Source: Lama guanicoe
Lineage: Eukaryota
Reading direction: 5' to 3'
NCBI GenBank assembly: GCA_013239625.1
Contig: MU053594.1
Location: forward strand, 336,355 to 400,354
Length of the DNA stretch: 64,000 nucleotides
The notes under the pieces are model-generated. The model saw only the letters and a program-made list of their open reading frames with translations, had not been told where the DNA came from and made no database searches. This document shows positions 63,598 to 64,000 of this stretch, one piece after another (the first letter of the stretch is position 1; every line of letters begins with the position of its first letter). Position numbers and translations under genes: made by a program.

Positions 63598-64000
63598 ATT
63601 TTTTTATTGAAGTATACTCAGTTTACAATGTCATGTCAGCTCGTGGTGTACAGCCTAATGCTTCAGTCAATACATGAACATACATATATTTGTTTTTGTG
63701 TTTTTCCATTGTAAGTTACTGTAAGATATTGAATATAGTTCCCTGTGCTATACAGTGTGAACTTGTTGTTTGTCTATTTTATATATATTAGTATCTGCAA
63801 ACTCCCAGTTTATCCCTTCCCACCCCTTTCCCCACTGGTAACCATAAGTTTGTTTTCTGTGTCTGTGAGTCTGTTTCTGTTTTGTAAATAAGTTTGTTTG
63901 CCTTTTTTTTTTTTAGGTTCCACATATAAGTAATATCATGGTATTTTTCTTTCTCTTTCTGGCTTACTTCACTTAGAACAACAATCTCCAGGTCCATCCA
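63598..64000 (-). mobile_element. Young artiodactyl-type L1 3' end, running off the window
   Basis: TTTTTATTGAAGTATA...GATATTGAATATAGTTCCCTGTGCTATACAG...; minus ORF MDLEIVVLSEVSQKEKEKYH is the L1 ORF2 C-terminus. Confidence 0.88.

Noticed and set aside
1..64000. CRISPR arrays, operons, defence or other prokaryotic-type systems
   Set aside because: No repeat-spacer array or dense ORF packing; the window is intron-exon mammalian DNA explained by USP28, HTR3B and interspersed repeats

Overview
Mammalian genomic DNA, most likely camelid judging by its tRNA-derived SINEs and artiodactyl-type L1 3' ends. It is not prokaryotic. Two divergently oriented genes are present. (1) USP28 on the + strand: a CpG-island promoter (~24.0-24.8 kb) and coding exons 1-14 (24499-63243). 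These join through GT-AG introns into an uninterrupted 1684-nt partial CDS covering the UBA, SIM/UIM, the catalytic Cys box and most of the USP domain; the gene runs off the window end before the His box. (2) The 40-nt first coding exon of HTR3B (5-HT3B signal peptide) on the - strand at 2481-2520, which the ORF track misses; the rest of that gene lies left of the window. The remainder is mostly interspersed repeats (L1, L2, MIR, MLT/ERV LTRs, MER5/20/63, SINEs). I found no novel multi-gene system. The most interesting items are fine-scale: a 149-bp templated insertion, a tiny L1 with an apparent 3' transduction, an L1-into-L1 insertion with deletion, a duplicated branch point, a promoter palindrome and several candidate unannotated exons or splice sites. 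Comparisons with human/mouse proteins and repeat consensuses are from memory, and repeat boundaries are approximate.
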